DNA of 64,000 bases from Carcharhinus amblyrhynchos (taxonomy: Eukaryota), in assembly GCA_965287045.1 (NCBI GenBank), contig OZ336873.1:96348001-96412000 (forward strand), in the 5' to 3' direction. The position numbers and the translations under genes were made by a program. The notes beneath the pieces were generated by a model. That model saw nothing but the letters and a program-made list of their open reading frames with translations. It had not been told where the DNA came from and did no database searches. Positions 49,476-62,460 of the stretch are shown one piece after another. Each line of letters begins with the position of its first letter. Position 1 is the stretch's first letter.

Positions 49476-50194
49476 TCTTTCAATCTCTTCATCTCCATTC
49501 AGTGTACAAGTGAGTCTCAGCTGGTTTTTGGGTTGAGGTTTGCAAGATCAAGCCATTCATAAAAAGAAACCATATGAACCATAGTAAATCAGTGACCTCA
49601 TTCCTTTAATACTATCCACTATAATTTCTCTGTCCTTAAGACAATGGCTAGTATTGCATCACAATACGCAATAGATAGCGACTGAAGCCAACCAGCATTC
49701 AACAGAATTACAGGTAGGATACAATGCCTGTCTTCTGATGTTCAAGTCTGAGAATTGCTCTCTCTGGAGGGAGAGAAAAGATTTTTTATTTTTTAGAAAG
49801 GTGTAATGATATGATTTAGCCAGCAACACCAAGTTATAAATTACCCAATTCTGTACAACTTGGCTGGTCCAGCACATGTTAACATTCAGAATTTTTTTTC
49901 TGAATTGCAATATGCCATCCATTCTTCAGACCTGTACCTGTTAATCTCTGTGTGACAAATTTTAGGAAAGGATTTTGTATGTCCCTAGTATAGTAGCACT
50001 TTTCTAAGATGCACTAAATTTTTTTGTGATAAAGCTGGTTGTATTTTATCAGTCCTTAACCACCTTACCAGATACGTACACTTTGATATTGGTGCTCATT
50101 AAGTGCTCTGATAACACTGGCCTTCCAACTAAAAGATGATGAGGTTGTGATTGTTCTGTTGTTTCAGATCAGTAAATTGAAATAAAGAGCTTGC

Positions 50195-50590
50195 CTTCAG
50201 ATTCATATTGCACCTCCTAGAGACATCCCAAAAGGCTTCACAGCCAGTGAATTATTTTTAAGTGTCGTCACTATTGCTATATAGGTAAAAAAAAGCCTAT
50301 TTATGTACAACAATCAGATCAATGACCAATTAATCTGTTTTTGTGGTGTTGGTTCACAGAGAGAGATGTTGCCAGGACATCTTCCCTTCTTGGATGATTG
50401 GTATGACAATTGTTATAACCCACTGCACATACAGTCAGGACCTTGGTTTAATGTCTTGTGCTAAAGATGGTACTTCAGTTAATGCAGCACTCTCTCATTA
50501 GTGTCAGCTTAGATTATGTGCTAATTTCGCTGGAGTTGGCTTTCAATGCCAAACTTTCTCACTCCGATGTGCAAGTGTTCCCACTGAGCA
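50195..50590 (-). mobile_element. DeuSINE relic
   Basis: acatcccaaaaggcttcacagccagtga...gccaggaca...atgcagcactctctcattagtgtcagcttagattatgtgct. Confidence 0.65.
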
Positions 50591-52334
50591 GTAGTAGCAT
50601 TATAAAGTTTCTCTTATGTGTTATACTCCTCATATTTCTCATCTGATCTGAGACTACCAGTAGCAATTTCCTCTTTACCTGCAGTCCCATACAAGCATGC
50701 ATATTTGTCTGTTTATGCACCAGTTACTGAAAACAGAATAACAGAGAGAATGCACTTTATTTTACACCCCAGCAACAAAGTAGTGACATGCAAACAGTGA
50801 CCTGTTTCTTCAAAGTATTGCTTTCCAGTTTTTGGTGCACCTTTGTGTCTTCAAGCCTTTGAATTGTATTTCACTTTCCAAAATTTGAGAATGTTCATTT
50901 GTTGCTTGTAGATGGAAGGAATATTGTGCACTTACTGCTTAAAATATGCTATCAATATAGAAGTTATTTGTGACAGAGAAAAAAGATTTCAAAAGTTTAT
51001 GGTTGATGTAAGCAAGTTTTTGTTCAGGTTTTGATCCTTGACCAGAAATGGTGAATGCCTTTTCATTATGCCTTCAACTTTAGGTTGTTGGTGTTAGTGC
51101 AACAGAGCAAGGTGTAACTGTCACAGTAGAACTTGTTTTCTACAATGTAGTTGGGAATTTAAATTTGTATTTTCAAATGATGTAAATGGGATGAGGTGTT
51201 AAAGCATTTTGCTATATATGGGACAGTACTTGGAAACCACAAGTAGCTTTTTCTTATCCACCTGAATCACAGGCTTTAAAGTCAGTGAGATTTGGAGTAA
51301 AGACTCATAAATGTATAAAGCAGTGTTCATGTAATATTTCAGTTGTTTTTTTTTGCTAACAATGATAGGATTTTCACAATAGCTATTTTACAGCTATTCT
51401 GCATTCTGCATTCTTCAATGTTTAAAAGGTACAGTCTTAACCTAAAGGTCTAACTGAAAAATGTTAATCACTATCTGTTTTAAGACTGAAATGAACACAT
51501 ATTTAGGATTCAATGGTCCAGTCACTTTTTTTAAAATTAAGGCCAAAGCAAATAGTGCAGAACATCACAAAGGGTGGAAAGAGTAGAAAAGAGGATAAGG
51601 TAAATCAATAAGTAAGTTGGTGATACCAAGTTTAGTTTTAAAAGCCTGTGGGTGTAAGGAAAGACTAGGGAAGGTAAGGGATTTGATTTTTTTTAGCTCA
51701 AGGGAAAGAAAGTATCATGGGTGGAAATTTTGCAGTGAGTCTCATTTTCAACATGTGAGGATGCAAATAGGGGTGGCATACATGCAGTTTAGGAAGAATC
51801 AGAAGATGTTTAGAAAGGCAACAATTATAGTGTCCTACTGGAATAACAGTCAGAAATTTCTTGAGCACTCTTTTCAATTTATGATCAGAAAGGAGATATG
51901 AACTTCAGTATCTAATGTGTTAATAGAATGTGCCCATGTGTTGTGGCAATGTGTTTATGTGGAAAGCCCAAAAAAGTGAATGTAGTTGGAATGTTGTAAA
52001 CAGTGTTATTTTATACAAAGTTGTGAAAAAAGGGGGATCAGTTTCTGGAAAGTCTGGCAAGCTTTTTGCCAGTAACATTCAAATATCCTAATTTTGCAAT
52101 TTTGTATAAATGTGAAACATGTTTTGATTTTTACCTCTTAAATGAATTTCGTAGCCAGTAATGTACAACGTAATGTGAGCTCAACAGTGACATTGTTGGC
52201 CAGTTAGAGAATTGCAATAGGGTGCAGTGTTCGGAATCGATTTTTGACTGACATGAAGGATACATTTTAAAAAAGCAAATAAAAAAACTAAAGGATTTAC
52301 ATTTATGTAGCACTTTTTGTAATGTCGCAATATT

Positions 52335-54145
52335 CAAAGAACAGTACAGTACCTGAACAGGCCCTTTGGCTCTTCAAGCCTGTGCCAATCATATTTCCTT
52401 ACCTGGACCAACCACTTGAATCCATCTATTCCCTGTTTGCTCATATGTCTATCAAGATAAGTCTTAAATGTGGCTTTTGTAACTGCTTCAACCATCTCAC
52501 TTGGCAGTGCATTCCAGGCCCCCATACCCTCTGTGTTCCCTTGCATATCTCCACTGAACCTTCTCCCCCCTTATGTTGAACTTGTGCCCCCTCGTAACAT
52601 TTCTGACTTGGGAAAAAGCTTCCAACTGTTCATCCTATCTCTACCTCTCGTAATTTTATAGATTTCTATCAGGTCATTCCTCAGCCTCCATCTTTTCAGG
52701 GAGAACAATCCAGTTTATTCAATCTCTCCTCCTAGCTAATACCCTCCATACAGGCAACCTTTAATGTACTCTCTCCAAAGCCTCCATGTCCTTCTGGTAA
52801 TGTAAAGTTTATTTATTAGTCACAAGTAGGCTTAAATTCAAACTGTAATGAAGTTACTGTGAAAATGTTTGGTGACCAGAATTGGACACAATATTCCAAA
52901 TGTGGCCTAACCAATATTTTATAGAATTGTAACATAATTTGCCAACTTTTATACTCAATGCCCTGTCCGATGAAGGCAAGCCTGCCATCTTCACTATCTT
53001 TTCCACTTGTGCTGTCACTTTTAAGGATCTGTGGACTTGTACTCCCAGATCTCTCTGTGTGTCCAAGCTCCTGATGGTTCTGCCATTTATTTTATAGCTC
53101 TGACCTGAATTGGATCTAACAAAATGCATCACCTCTGATTTGTCCGAATTAAATTCTATCTGTCATTTCTTCTCCCAATTTTCCAGCCTATCTGTATCCT
53201 GCTGTATTATCTGACAGTCATTATCACTATCCGCAACTCTGCCAATCTTAGTATCATCTGCAAACTTGCTAATCAGTTCAACTACATTTTCTTCTAAATC
53301 ATTTATATTATGTTACAAACAGCTGAGTCCCAGCACTGATACCTGTAAAACACCACTAGTTATAGACCTCCAATCAGAAAAACACACTTCCATCGCTACC
53401 TTCTGTTTTCTATGGCCAAGCCATTTCTGAATCCATCTAGATAGTTCACGTGATCCCGTGAGATTTAATCTTTTGCACCAGCCTGCCATGAGGGACCTTG
53501 TCAAATGCTTTTCTAAAGTCTGCAGCCCTTCCCTCATCAATCATTTTTGTCATCTCCTCAAAAAACTCAATTTGTGAGACATGACCTCCATCGTACAAAA
53601 CCATGCCATATGTCGTTATCAAGACCATTCAGTTCCACATGTGTGTAGATCCTATTCTTAAGAATCTTCTCCAACAGTTTCACTGTCACTGATGTCAACC
53701 TCACTGGCCTGTAATTACATGGATTATCCTTGCTACCCTTCTTAAATAATGGGACAACATTGGCTATTCTCCAATCCTCTGGGACCTCACCAGTGGTCAA
53801 AAAAGGAACAAAGATTTCTGTTAAAGGCCCAACAATTTCGTCTCTTGTCTCGCTCAGTAATCTGGGATAGATCAATCTGGCCCTGGGACCTTGTCTACCT
53901 TAATGCTTTTTAATTCACCTCACACTTCCTCCCTCGTAGTGATGACTTGCTCTAAAGAGTTTACACACCAACACACCATCAATTGATGTGTCCTTTTCCT
54001 TTGTGAATTCCAGTGTAAAGTACTCATTAAGGATCTCACCCACTTCCTTTGGTTCTACATGTAATTTTCTTCCTTGCCCTTAAGTGGACCAACTCTTTCT
54101 GTAGCTTCTTCCTTGTTTCTAATATATGTATAAAATGCCTTGTGT
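52335..54145 (-). mobile_element. Degenerate CR1 LINE 3' half, with a SINE-tail insertion at about 52803-52865
   Basis: VPEDWRIANVVPLFKKG..NYRPVRLTSV; DFRKAFDKVPH; WNALPSEMVEA; tail aaagaacagtacagtac. Confidence 0.93.
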
Positions 54146-54149
54146 CTTT

Positions 54150-54480
54150 CAGATAATTAATTGCTTTTAAAGTGAAACCACTGTTGTAAGGTAGGAAATG
54201 TGGTAGCCAATTAGCAATGAGATAAATGGTCAGATAATCTATATTTAGTGGTCCTGGTTGAGAGACAACTCGTGATCTCGACACTGGGAGAATTCCAGTG
54301 CCCTGTTTTAAAAGATGTCATATGATCTTTCTTCTAAATGGTTAGCAAGGACCCTATTTTAATATCTCATCTCAACGACAGCACCTCTGATAATGCATTA
54401 CTCCCTCAGTACTGCACTTTAATCCCTAGAGTGATGTTTGAATCCACAACTTTTGACTCAGCTAGGACGCTACTATTGAA
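54150..54480 (-). mobile_element. DeuSINE relic
   Basis: atctcatctcaacgacagcacctctgataatgcattactccctcagtactgcac. Confidence 0.7.
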
Positions 54481-54481
54481 T

Positions 54482-54787
54482 GGGTGGCCTGGCGTTAGTA
54501 CTGCTGTCTCATAGCTCCAGGGACCCGAATTTGATTCCTGGCTTGGAATGGGAGTTTGCATGTTCTCCCTGTGTCTGCATGGGTTTCCTCCGGGTGCTCT
54601 GGTTTCCTCCCACAGTCCAAAGCTGTGCAGATTAGGTGCATTGGCTGTGGTAAATTGCTCCTGAGGTGCATAGTTTAGAGGGATTAGCGGGATAAATATG
54701 TTATGGGGATAGGGCCTAGATGGGATTGTTGTCAGTGTAGACTTGTTAGGCTGCATGGCCTCCTTTTGCACTGTAGACATTCTATGA
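54482..54787 (+). mobile_element. HE1-type SINE
   Basis: gttagtactgctgtctcatagctccagggaccc...gggtttcctccgggtgctctggtttcctcccacagtccaaag...cattctatga. Confidence 0.9.
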
Positions 54788-54876
54788 TAACTAAATGTGA
54801 TAGATCATTAAAGCCAACTGAAAAAGGGCAACTGTTAGCCTGGCTGTGACCAGCTAACTCAACAAGATTCTGGATG

Positions 54877-54975
54877 AAACAAAAATAGAAAATGCTGAAA
54901 AATCTTAGCAGGTCTGACAGCATCTGTGGAGGTAGAATAGAGACAACATATCAAGTCTGGATGAACTTTTATCAT
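54877..54975 (-). mobile_element. Half copy of the second Penelope-derived family
   Basis: aaatgctgaaaaatcttagcaggtctgacagcatctgtggag matches the arm at 49314-49350. Another half lies at about 55712-55826. Confidence 0.6.
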
Positions 54976-55124
54976 CTTTCACCAATTTCATCTGAATGAA
55001 ATTGGATATGTGGAGACTGTGATCTGCATATTTTAGTATCACACCAGCCTATATACATTTGTCCCAAAAATTATTCAGGAACCTCAATTTCCTACTCTTT
55101 GAAATTTAAAAGAAATACAAAGAT

Positions 55125-55705
55125 CACCAATGCTTCTACTTTCTCAGGAGGCTAAGGAAATTCAGCATGTCCGCTATGACTCTCACCAATTTTTACAGAT
55201 GCATCATAGAAAGCATCCTTTCCAAATGCATCACAGTTTGGTGTGGCTCCTGCTCTGACCAAGACCGTAAGAAACTACAAAGGGTTATGAATGGAGCCCG
55301 GTCCATCACACAAACCAGCCTCCCATCCATTGACTCCATCTGTACTTCCTGCTGCCTCAGAAAAATGGCCAGCATAATCAAGGACTCCATGCACCCTACT
55401 CATACTGTCTTCCACCACCTTCTGTTGGGAAAAAGATGCAAAAGTCTGAGGTCCCATATTAGCCGACTCAAAAATAGCTTTTTCCCTGCTGCCGTCAGAC
55501 TTTCGAATGGACCTACCTTATATTAAGGTTGATCATTCTCTACACCCTAGCTATGACTGTAACACTATATTCTGCACCTTCTTTCCTTCTCCTCTACATA
55601 CTCTATTAATAGTCTGCTTTGTCTGTATAGTTTGCAAGAAACAATACTTTTTACTGTACACCAATTCATGTGACAAAAATAAGTCAAATCAAAAATAAAT
55701 TCAAA
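55125..55705 (+). mobile_element. Rex1/Babar-clade LINE 3' end
   Basis: ORF 55167..55526 LTNFYRCIIESILSKCITVW..RKKLQRV..IIKDSMHP..RLKNSFFPAAVR; 3' end catgtgacaaaaataagtcaaatcaaaa. Confidence 0.9.
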
Positions 55706-55827
55706 CTAAGTACAAAAGCATGATACTGTAGATGCTGGAAGTCTGAAATAGAAACACAAAATGCTGCAAATGCTAGCATCTCTGGAAAGAGAAATAAAGA
55801 ACATTTCTGTTTGAAGACCTTTCGCTG

Positions 55828-56780
55828 GGAGGCATGATAGCACAGTAGTTAGCTCACAGCGCCAGGGACCTGGGTTTAATTCTGGCCTTGGATCATGGTC
55901 TGTGTGGAGTTTGCACGTTCTCACCATGTCTGAGTGGGTATATCTAAGGAAGAACATGCTGGCCTTGGAAAGGGTCCAGAGTAGATTCACAAGAATGATG
56001 GCTGGAATGAAGAGCTTGTCGTATGACGAATGGTTGAGGACTCTGGGCCAGTACTCATTGGAGTTTAGAAGGATGAGGGGGGATCTTATTGAAACTTACA
56101 GGATACTGCGAGGCCTGGATAGAGGATGTTTCCACTAGTAGGAAAAACTAGAACCAGAGGGCACAACCTCAGGCTAAAGGGACGATCCTTTAGAACACAG
56201 ATGAGGAGGAGTTTCTTCAGCCAGAGAGTAGTGAATCTTTGGAACTCTTTGCCACAGAAGGCTGTGGAAGCCAGGTTATTGGGTGTCTTTAGGAAGGCCT
56301 GATGAAGGAGTGGCGCTCCAAAAGCTCGTGCTACCAAATAAACTTGTTGGACTTTAACCTGGTATTGTGAGACTCCTAACAGTGCCTAACCCAGTCCAAT
56401 GCCGGCAACTCCACATCATGTCTTTAAGACAGAGATAGATAGGTTCTTGGTTAATAAGCGATCGGGTGTTATGAGGAAAAGGCAGGAGAATAGGGATGAG
56501 AAAAATATCAGCCATGATTGAATGATGGAGCAGAGTTGATGGGCTGCATGGCCTAATTCTGCTCCTATGTCTTATGGTCTTATGGTTACCTATGGGTGCT
56601 CAGGTTACCCCCACAGTCCAAAGATGTGCAGGCTAGGTTGATTGGCCATGCTAAATTAACCGTAGTGTCAGGAGATTAGCAGGGTAAATATGTGGGATTA
56701 CAGGAATAGGGCCTGGGTGGGATTGTGGTCAGTGCAGGCTCGTTGGGCTGAATGGTCTCCTTCTGCACTGTAGTGATTGT
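55828..56780 (+). mobile_element. HE1-type SINE split by a CR1 3' fragment (about 55939-56583)
   Basis: SINE head ends gtctgagtgggt at about 55938 and resumes ggttacctatgggtgctcagg at about 56584. The insert encodes LALERVQSRFTR..RGDLIETY and ends tcttatggtcttat. Confidence 0.9.
56292..56419 (+). mobile_element. Penelope-type tail insertion with a mutated hammerhead motif and 8-bp TSD
   Basis: CTGATGA-aggagtggcgctcc-aAAA-gctcgtg...ccacatcat; tgtcttta at 56284-56291 and 56419-56426. Confidence 0.85.
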
Positions 56781-57397
56781 GTTGTGCATTGATACTTGTG
56801 AGAAGAGGTAAAGAATAGAGGAAGCATTTAGTTTACACAGGTTTCTGCAGCTAATATCGGGGAGTTGTTGAAGTGGTGGTGTGCAACTACCCAGAGATCA
56901 TCCTAAGGAAACTGTTGTTTCTAGTTTCTGTATTTATGAAGTTGCAATGCTGACAGAGAAGTTTAAAAGTAAGGAAAGAGATTAAGCTGAAAATAAAGAA
57001 ATGTAAGCAAAATATTATGAAGTAAGAGGCGATTGGATAGAGTTCAGGAGAAATATTGTGAGAGGGGCATTTGGAGAGCAAGAGGGATGGAAATTCCCTC
57101 TAGTCAAGCTTCCATTTTTTTTTACTGTGCTCATTGTCAGTTCAGCAAGACAAACGCATTTTTCTTTACATTCTTGATCTGATGGCTAAATTATAAATTT
57201 TCACAAAAAGACATGCATTTATATTGCACTTTCACAACCACTGGCATTAATGTACTTGACAATCAATGTAGTACTTTTTGCAATGTAGTTACTATTGTAG
57301 GAATCATGGTGGCTAATTTGCGTTCACCAAATCTTGTTTTGTGACATGGATTTAGGGATAAGTACTACTCCAGGAAAAAGTCTCCTGGTCTTAGAAA

Positions 57398-57664
57398 TGG
57401 CGCAGTGGTTAACACTTCTGCCACATGACTCCAAGGACCCAGGTTCGATTCCCAGCTTGGGTCACTGTCTATGTGGATCTGCACGCTTTCCCCATGTCTG
57501 CGTGAGTTTCCTCCGGGTGGTGCTGGTTAGGTGCATTGGCCATACTAAATTCTCCCTCAGTGTGCCTGAACATGCACCGGAGTGTGGCAACTTGGGAAAT
57601 TTAACAGTAACTTTGTTGCAGTGTTAATATAAGCCTACTTGTGACATTAATAAATAAACTTAAA
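57398..57664 (+). mobile_element. V-SINE, second subfamily, inserted into a reverse DeuSINE relic (about 57205-57855)
   Basis: tggcgcagtggttaacac head, ggttcgattccc B-box, tacttgtgacattaataaataaactt tail. DeuSINE pieces lie on both sides. Confidence 0.88.
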
Positions 57665-58449
57665 ATGTGGCCATGGGTTTAGTTGCATTCACCTGAACAG
57701 ATAGATGGGACACATGGCTTAATGCCTCATCCGATAGACAGTGCAGTGCTTACTCTGTACTGCTCAGCAACATCAGCCATGATTTTTGTGCTGATGTCCT
57801 GGAGTGGGTGAACCTTGTGATTTAGAGGTGAACATGCCACCAGCTGAACCATGGCCTTAATTTTGTTGAGTATTTAGAATATACTTGTTAAAAAATTATT
57901 AAATTGTAATAAGAAATGGAATGTGCTTCAAAGTTTTAAACCGTGTTCAATCTCTACTTTTATAATTCACATTGCTACTGCTCTGCAGAACATGGTTCCA
58001 GATATTCTGTGGTGGAAACCTAGACCTTGACCTTCAAAGAGATGTTTACACAAGCTGGATGAAGAGAATGAAGTTTCAAGTGGGAATTTTGTTTGCCAGG
58101 ATCCCTACCTGGAAGCCAGCCTGATTGACAGGCCTGCCTTCCAGTCAACCAGACATCACTCTAAAGCAGCCCATGTACCCAGGTTGTGAGCCTATAGGTA
58201 TTACTGGGAGCATGGTGAGGTGTGTCCAATTGCATATTGGGAGGTATGTGTATGAGGGAAGGTGAGTCTGATCCAATGTGATGAAGAGGTTGAGGGCTCC
58301 AGGGGAAGTATTTATATTCCTCCCGGCCTTCAAGCAATGCTATAAAGGCATTTATGTTCTCCCAGAAGCTGTTTTTGATTCCTCTAGAGCTGAGGGTTTC
58401 CCAGGGCCTGGGAACCATAGCTAGCCAGGGTTAAACCTGCAAAACAATT

Positions 58450-58625
58450 CAAAGATGTGTGGGTTAGGTTGATTGTCCATGCAAAATTGGCCCTTAGTGC
58501 CAGGAGGGCTAGCAGGGTAAATACTTGAGGTTAAGGGAGTGGGCCTGTGTGTGATTGTTAGCGGAACAAACTTGATGGGCCGAATGGCCTTCTTCTGCTC
58601 TGCAGGGATTCAATGACTGTATGAT
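58450..58625 (+). mobile_element. HE1-type SINE 3' fragment
   Basis: caaagatgtgtgggttaggttgattg...cttgatgggccgaatggccttcttctgc. Confidence 0.85.
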
Positions 58626-60619
58626 CAAAGGTTGCTAATCATATTGAAATGTTCAAATGGACTTCCGGGAGCAGGTTGGCTGTCTGCCCTTTGCCCCATC
58701 TCCATTAATTGGGATACATTTGAGATTTTTGAAATTTTAACTTGCCCAAGTCAACTTGTCTTTGTGGGTTTAAAATTACCCTCAACTGTAAGTGAGCTGA
58801 AAGACATAAATGATATCCAACAATTTTATATTTAAGGCACTTGGAATTCCACTGTTGGAATTGCAACTTAACTTAGCTGACCAACAAAAGTGTGATTTGA
58901 GTTGGGCAGTTTTTTTTGCTCCTTTGCTATTTTTCTTTTAACACTTCTAAAGGATTTTATTATTCCAGTTTAATAAAGTTTTATCCATTTTGACAATAGG
59001 AAATATGTTAGAAACATCAAGTGAACAATACTTATTTTATCCTTCATCAAGCACATACCTGTTTGGAACTTCCTTCAGTCACATTCCTTTCCAAATGTTT
59101 GAGTGGCAACAGTCTTGTGAGCATTGGGAGGAACAAAATATATGTTTTCATTGAACAGTTTTGTAATATTCTGCTTTATTCAAAATGCAAACTGCCAATT
59201 CCACTCACGTGCAAAATAATTACTTTTTACGTTGCTTGTAGGATGAGAATTATAATTTAATTGAGAGATTACGAATCTGGGTGAGGTTTTTTTCTTTTCA
59301 GTTTTCGCCCCTCCTCTCCTTCAACTGCTGATTTAATTGGGGTATCATTTCAAAGGCAGCAGTTGTCCTTGGTGCCTCTTTCTGCATCTGTCAAGTTGGG
59401 CAGTCGGCACAATGTGTTTTTAAGAACAACCTATTATATTGTGCTGTTTCATAACTGGAATATCAAAACCTGCATTTTGATCTTTAAGAAAGTTTTTTAA
59501 AAAAGTAAATGAGCTATCAACAGACTAAAATCAAGGCACATAATTATCAATAAGTTACAGCATCAACTTCAACTAGGGTTCCAGCGGAGCTTATTTCTGT
59601 TCTTCCCAATGTGCACATATAACGCAGTAAAGATCATGATAATGAACAAAGATAGGGATGCTGACCTATTTCTCCTCCTCCTCAAACTTAAGTTTTCCAC
59701 TATGTTTTCGTCAATAACTTGTTCACGTTGGTTGGCAGTTAGAAGATGTGAGCATCTATTGCGAGATGTTGTACTGTATTTGTTAATGAAATAGGAGTAA
59801 GACTTTGATATTTGCCTGAATTCATCATATTTCTTACATCAGGGCAACAAAATCAATTGTTAGCTAATTGCTTTGATATTTACCTTGTTTACGAGAATTG
59901 GGTTGTGTTTGCAGAACATTTTTACTTCTGTAATTCAGAATCAACTGCAATTGATATTCATTTTAAATAGAAACAGAGGATCTTCTTTCCTCCTATCTCT
60001 CATTTTAGAATCCCTTTTACTACTACCTGTTATAATGTCACATTTCACTTAAAGGGTCAAATGTTGTGGGCAGGGATTTTATGGTGTGGGTGACAGAGGT
60101 TTCAATGACTGTTTGAATAGAGACAAGTTTTCTTTTTATAATAGTTTTGATCCTGAACTATGCTGAAGAGTGGTACTTCTGTGTGACGTTTGCTAGGTGA
60201 ATGTCTTTACAAATTTACTCTTAGCTGAAAATCTGCTAAGCAGTTAGACAATGATATGGAAAGAGGATATACAAAATATAAATAATTGGCTTCTTTCTCC
60301 CTCCCCCAACTCTGGCAACTTGTTTAATATGGCCCATCTTATTTCCAGGTATTTTTAATTGGAACAGTGGAATGGGCCTAACCACAGATCTTTCCACACC
60401 CATTCTGTGATTGGCTGATAGGAAGCATGAGTAAGTTGTGTTGAAATGGAATCATAAAGAGCCACAACTTTTACATTGCGCTTTTCTCATAACAACATTT
60501 TACAAAGTGGATTATGGGGAAACCAATGGACACCAAAAAGAAAGTAAGAAAGAAGTTGCGTGAGACACAAACAAAGTATTAATGCAAAGAAGGAAGTTGT
60601 GAAGAGATCTTTGAAAGTT

Positions 60620-60968
60620 GGATTTGCTTATGCAGTGACATGAAGATAAAACCTTTTTTAATGCAACGATTGTTTGGGATCCAAAATGCAATGCCTAAGG
60701 GCATGGTGGAGGCAAATTAAATGGTGGCCCTCAAATTTATAACTATCTGAAGAAAACAAATTTGCAGGGCTCTGGGGAAAAGCTTATGGGAGTGAGACTG
60801 GGTCTAGGTGAATTGCTCAGAGAGAGCAGATACAGACATGGCAGGCCAAATAGGAGACTATTTAGCCTGCCATGTCTGCATCTGCTCTCTCAAGTGCAAT
60901 TCACCTAGTCCTAGTCCCACTCCTAAATGCTTTTCCCCAGAGCCCTGCAAATTTGTTCTTTTCAGATA
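60620..60968. mobile_element. CR1 3' end with a fold-back of about 110-bp arms
   Basis: 60744-60853 is the reverse complement of 60858-60968, with a gaga loop. The upstream part is a decayed FF.QR..W..P CR1 end. Confidence 0.9.
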
Positions 60969-61769
60969 ATTCTTTTTACGCTGTAACCATGCTATGATTC
61001 TTTTTATAATACAGTCAGCATTGTTGTAAACTAAGTCAAGTTGAATAGAGTACACTGGCTACAATGAACTTAACATCGTTGGTACAAATATTGTACTAGT
61101 TGTGCAAATATGACTCTTGTACTTCCTTGCAAATTTAAGTTAGACAGTAGAAGGCTCTGTCTTCTAGAAGTTTTTTAAAGCTTCTAGTATGAAGACAGTT
61201 ATATCACTGAAATAAACAAATATTTTGATTATTTTCATGTTATCTTCCAATTTTTTTCTATTTGGAGCAAATAAAGTACTTGAACATTTAAATACCTGAT
61301 ATTTGAAAACACAGATGTGATGGATTGTGGCATCCATGGCCTTTATTTATGTTGATGGGTAGCCACTGGTTTACATTACATGCCTCAATGCCTACATTTG
61401 AGGCATATTCCATGGAGTCTTAGTGAAATTCCTGCAGTTGTTGCTGCACTACTACAGAATACATGCTAGGAACATCATTAATTTATTTTGCAACAAAAAT
61501 AAATTGTTTAGGATTTTTTTGACTCTCAAAGTAAGGTAGTGAGTATTCTAATATGAATCCCTGTCCTTTTTGTAACCAGTATCTGCATCCAGAATACTCC
61601 CAGGTTAGGTTTGGTTTCAGTAAAGAATGGATCCCATAAAAGTGAAACTAACCACCATGTTAGCAGAAGCAAATTCACAAATTTACTATCACTTTATATA
61701 CGATTATTTGAGCAACAGCTTATTTTTGTATTGCGCCTTTCACTTCAGTAAGATTTTAACTTTTTTTTG

Positions 61770-62460
61770 TTATTCATTCGTAGGATGTGGGCATTGCTGG
61801 CTAGGCCAGCATTTATTGCCCATCCCTAGAATGTGATTTATTTACCACAGAACTCCCAGCCCGTAATCTGCTTTTGTAGCCACAGAATGTGACTGAGCTA
61901 ATTAAGTTTCTGATCAGTGGTGACTCCCAGGGTGTTGATGGTGAGGGCTTTATCACTGATAATGCCAATCAAAGTGGTTATTCTGCCTTGTTGAAAATGG
62001 TCATAATCTGCTACTTGATAGCCCAAGTTTGAATGTTGTCCTGGTGTGAATGGACCTCAGGAGTTGTGAATAGAACTGAAAACTTTGCAATCATCCTAAT
62101 TTCTGACAATATAGAGGAGATGTCTTTGATGAAGCAGGATAATGTGAGGACACTATCCTGAAGAACTCCTGTAGCAATGTCCCAGAGGTAAGATGTTTGA
62201 ACTCTCGACAACCACAGCCACCTTCCTTTCTACTAAGTATAACTCCATTCCAGCTCTCGGAGAACTTTTTCCCAATTCCCATTGACTTTAATTTTACTTG
62301 AACTCCCTGGTGCTGCACTTGGTCAGATACTGACGTGATAGCGAGGGCAATAACACTTACCTTGCCTTGGGAATTCAGCTATTACTTTCATGTTTTGACT
62401 GAACTGTAATGAGATCTGAGCAGAATGGTCCTAAAATCCAACATTCATGAACAGGTTTGT
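61770..62460 (-). mobile_element. CR1/L2-group LINE decayed 3' portion
   Basis: ggatgtgggcattgctggctaggccagcatttattgcccatccct tail; GVLQDSVL RT remnant in ORF 62011..62211. A similar tail lies at about 63285-63490. Confidence 0.75.

Noticed and set aside
57989-58085. Coding exon 2 after ctctgcag
   Set aside because: Translations match nothing I recognise, there is no convincing donor, and it runs into a probable repeat at about 58080.
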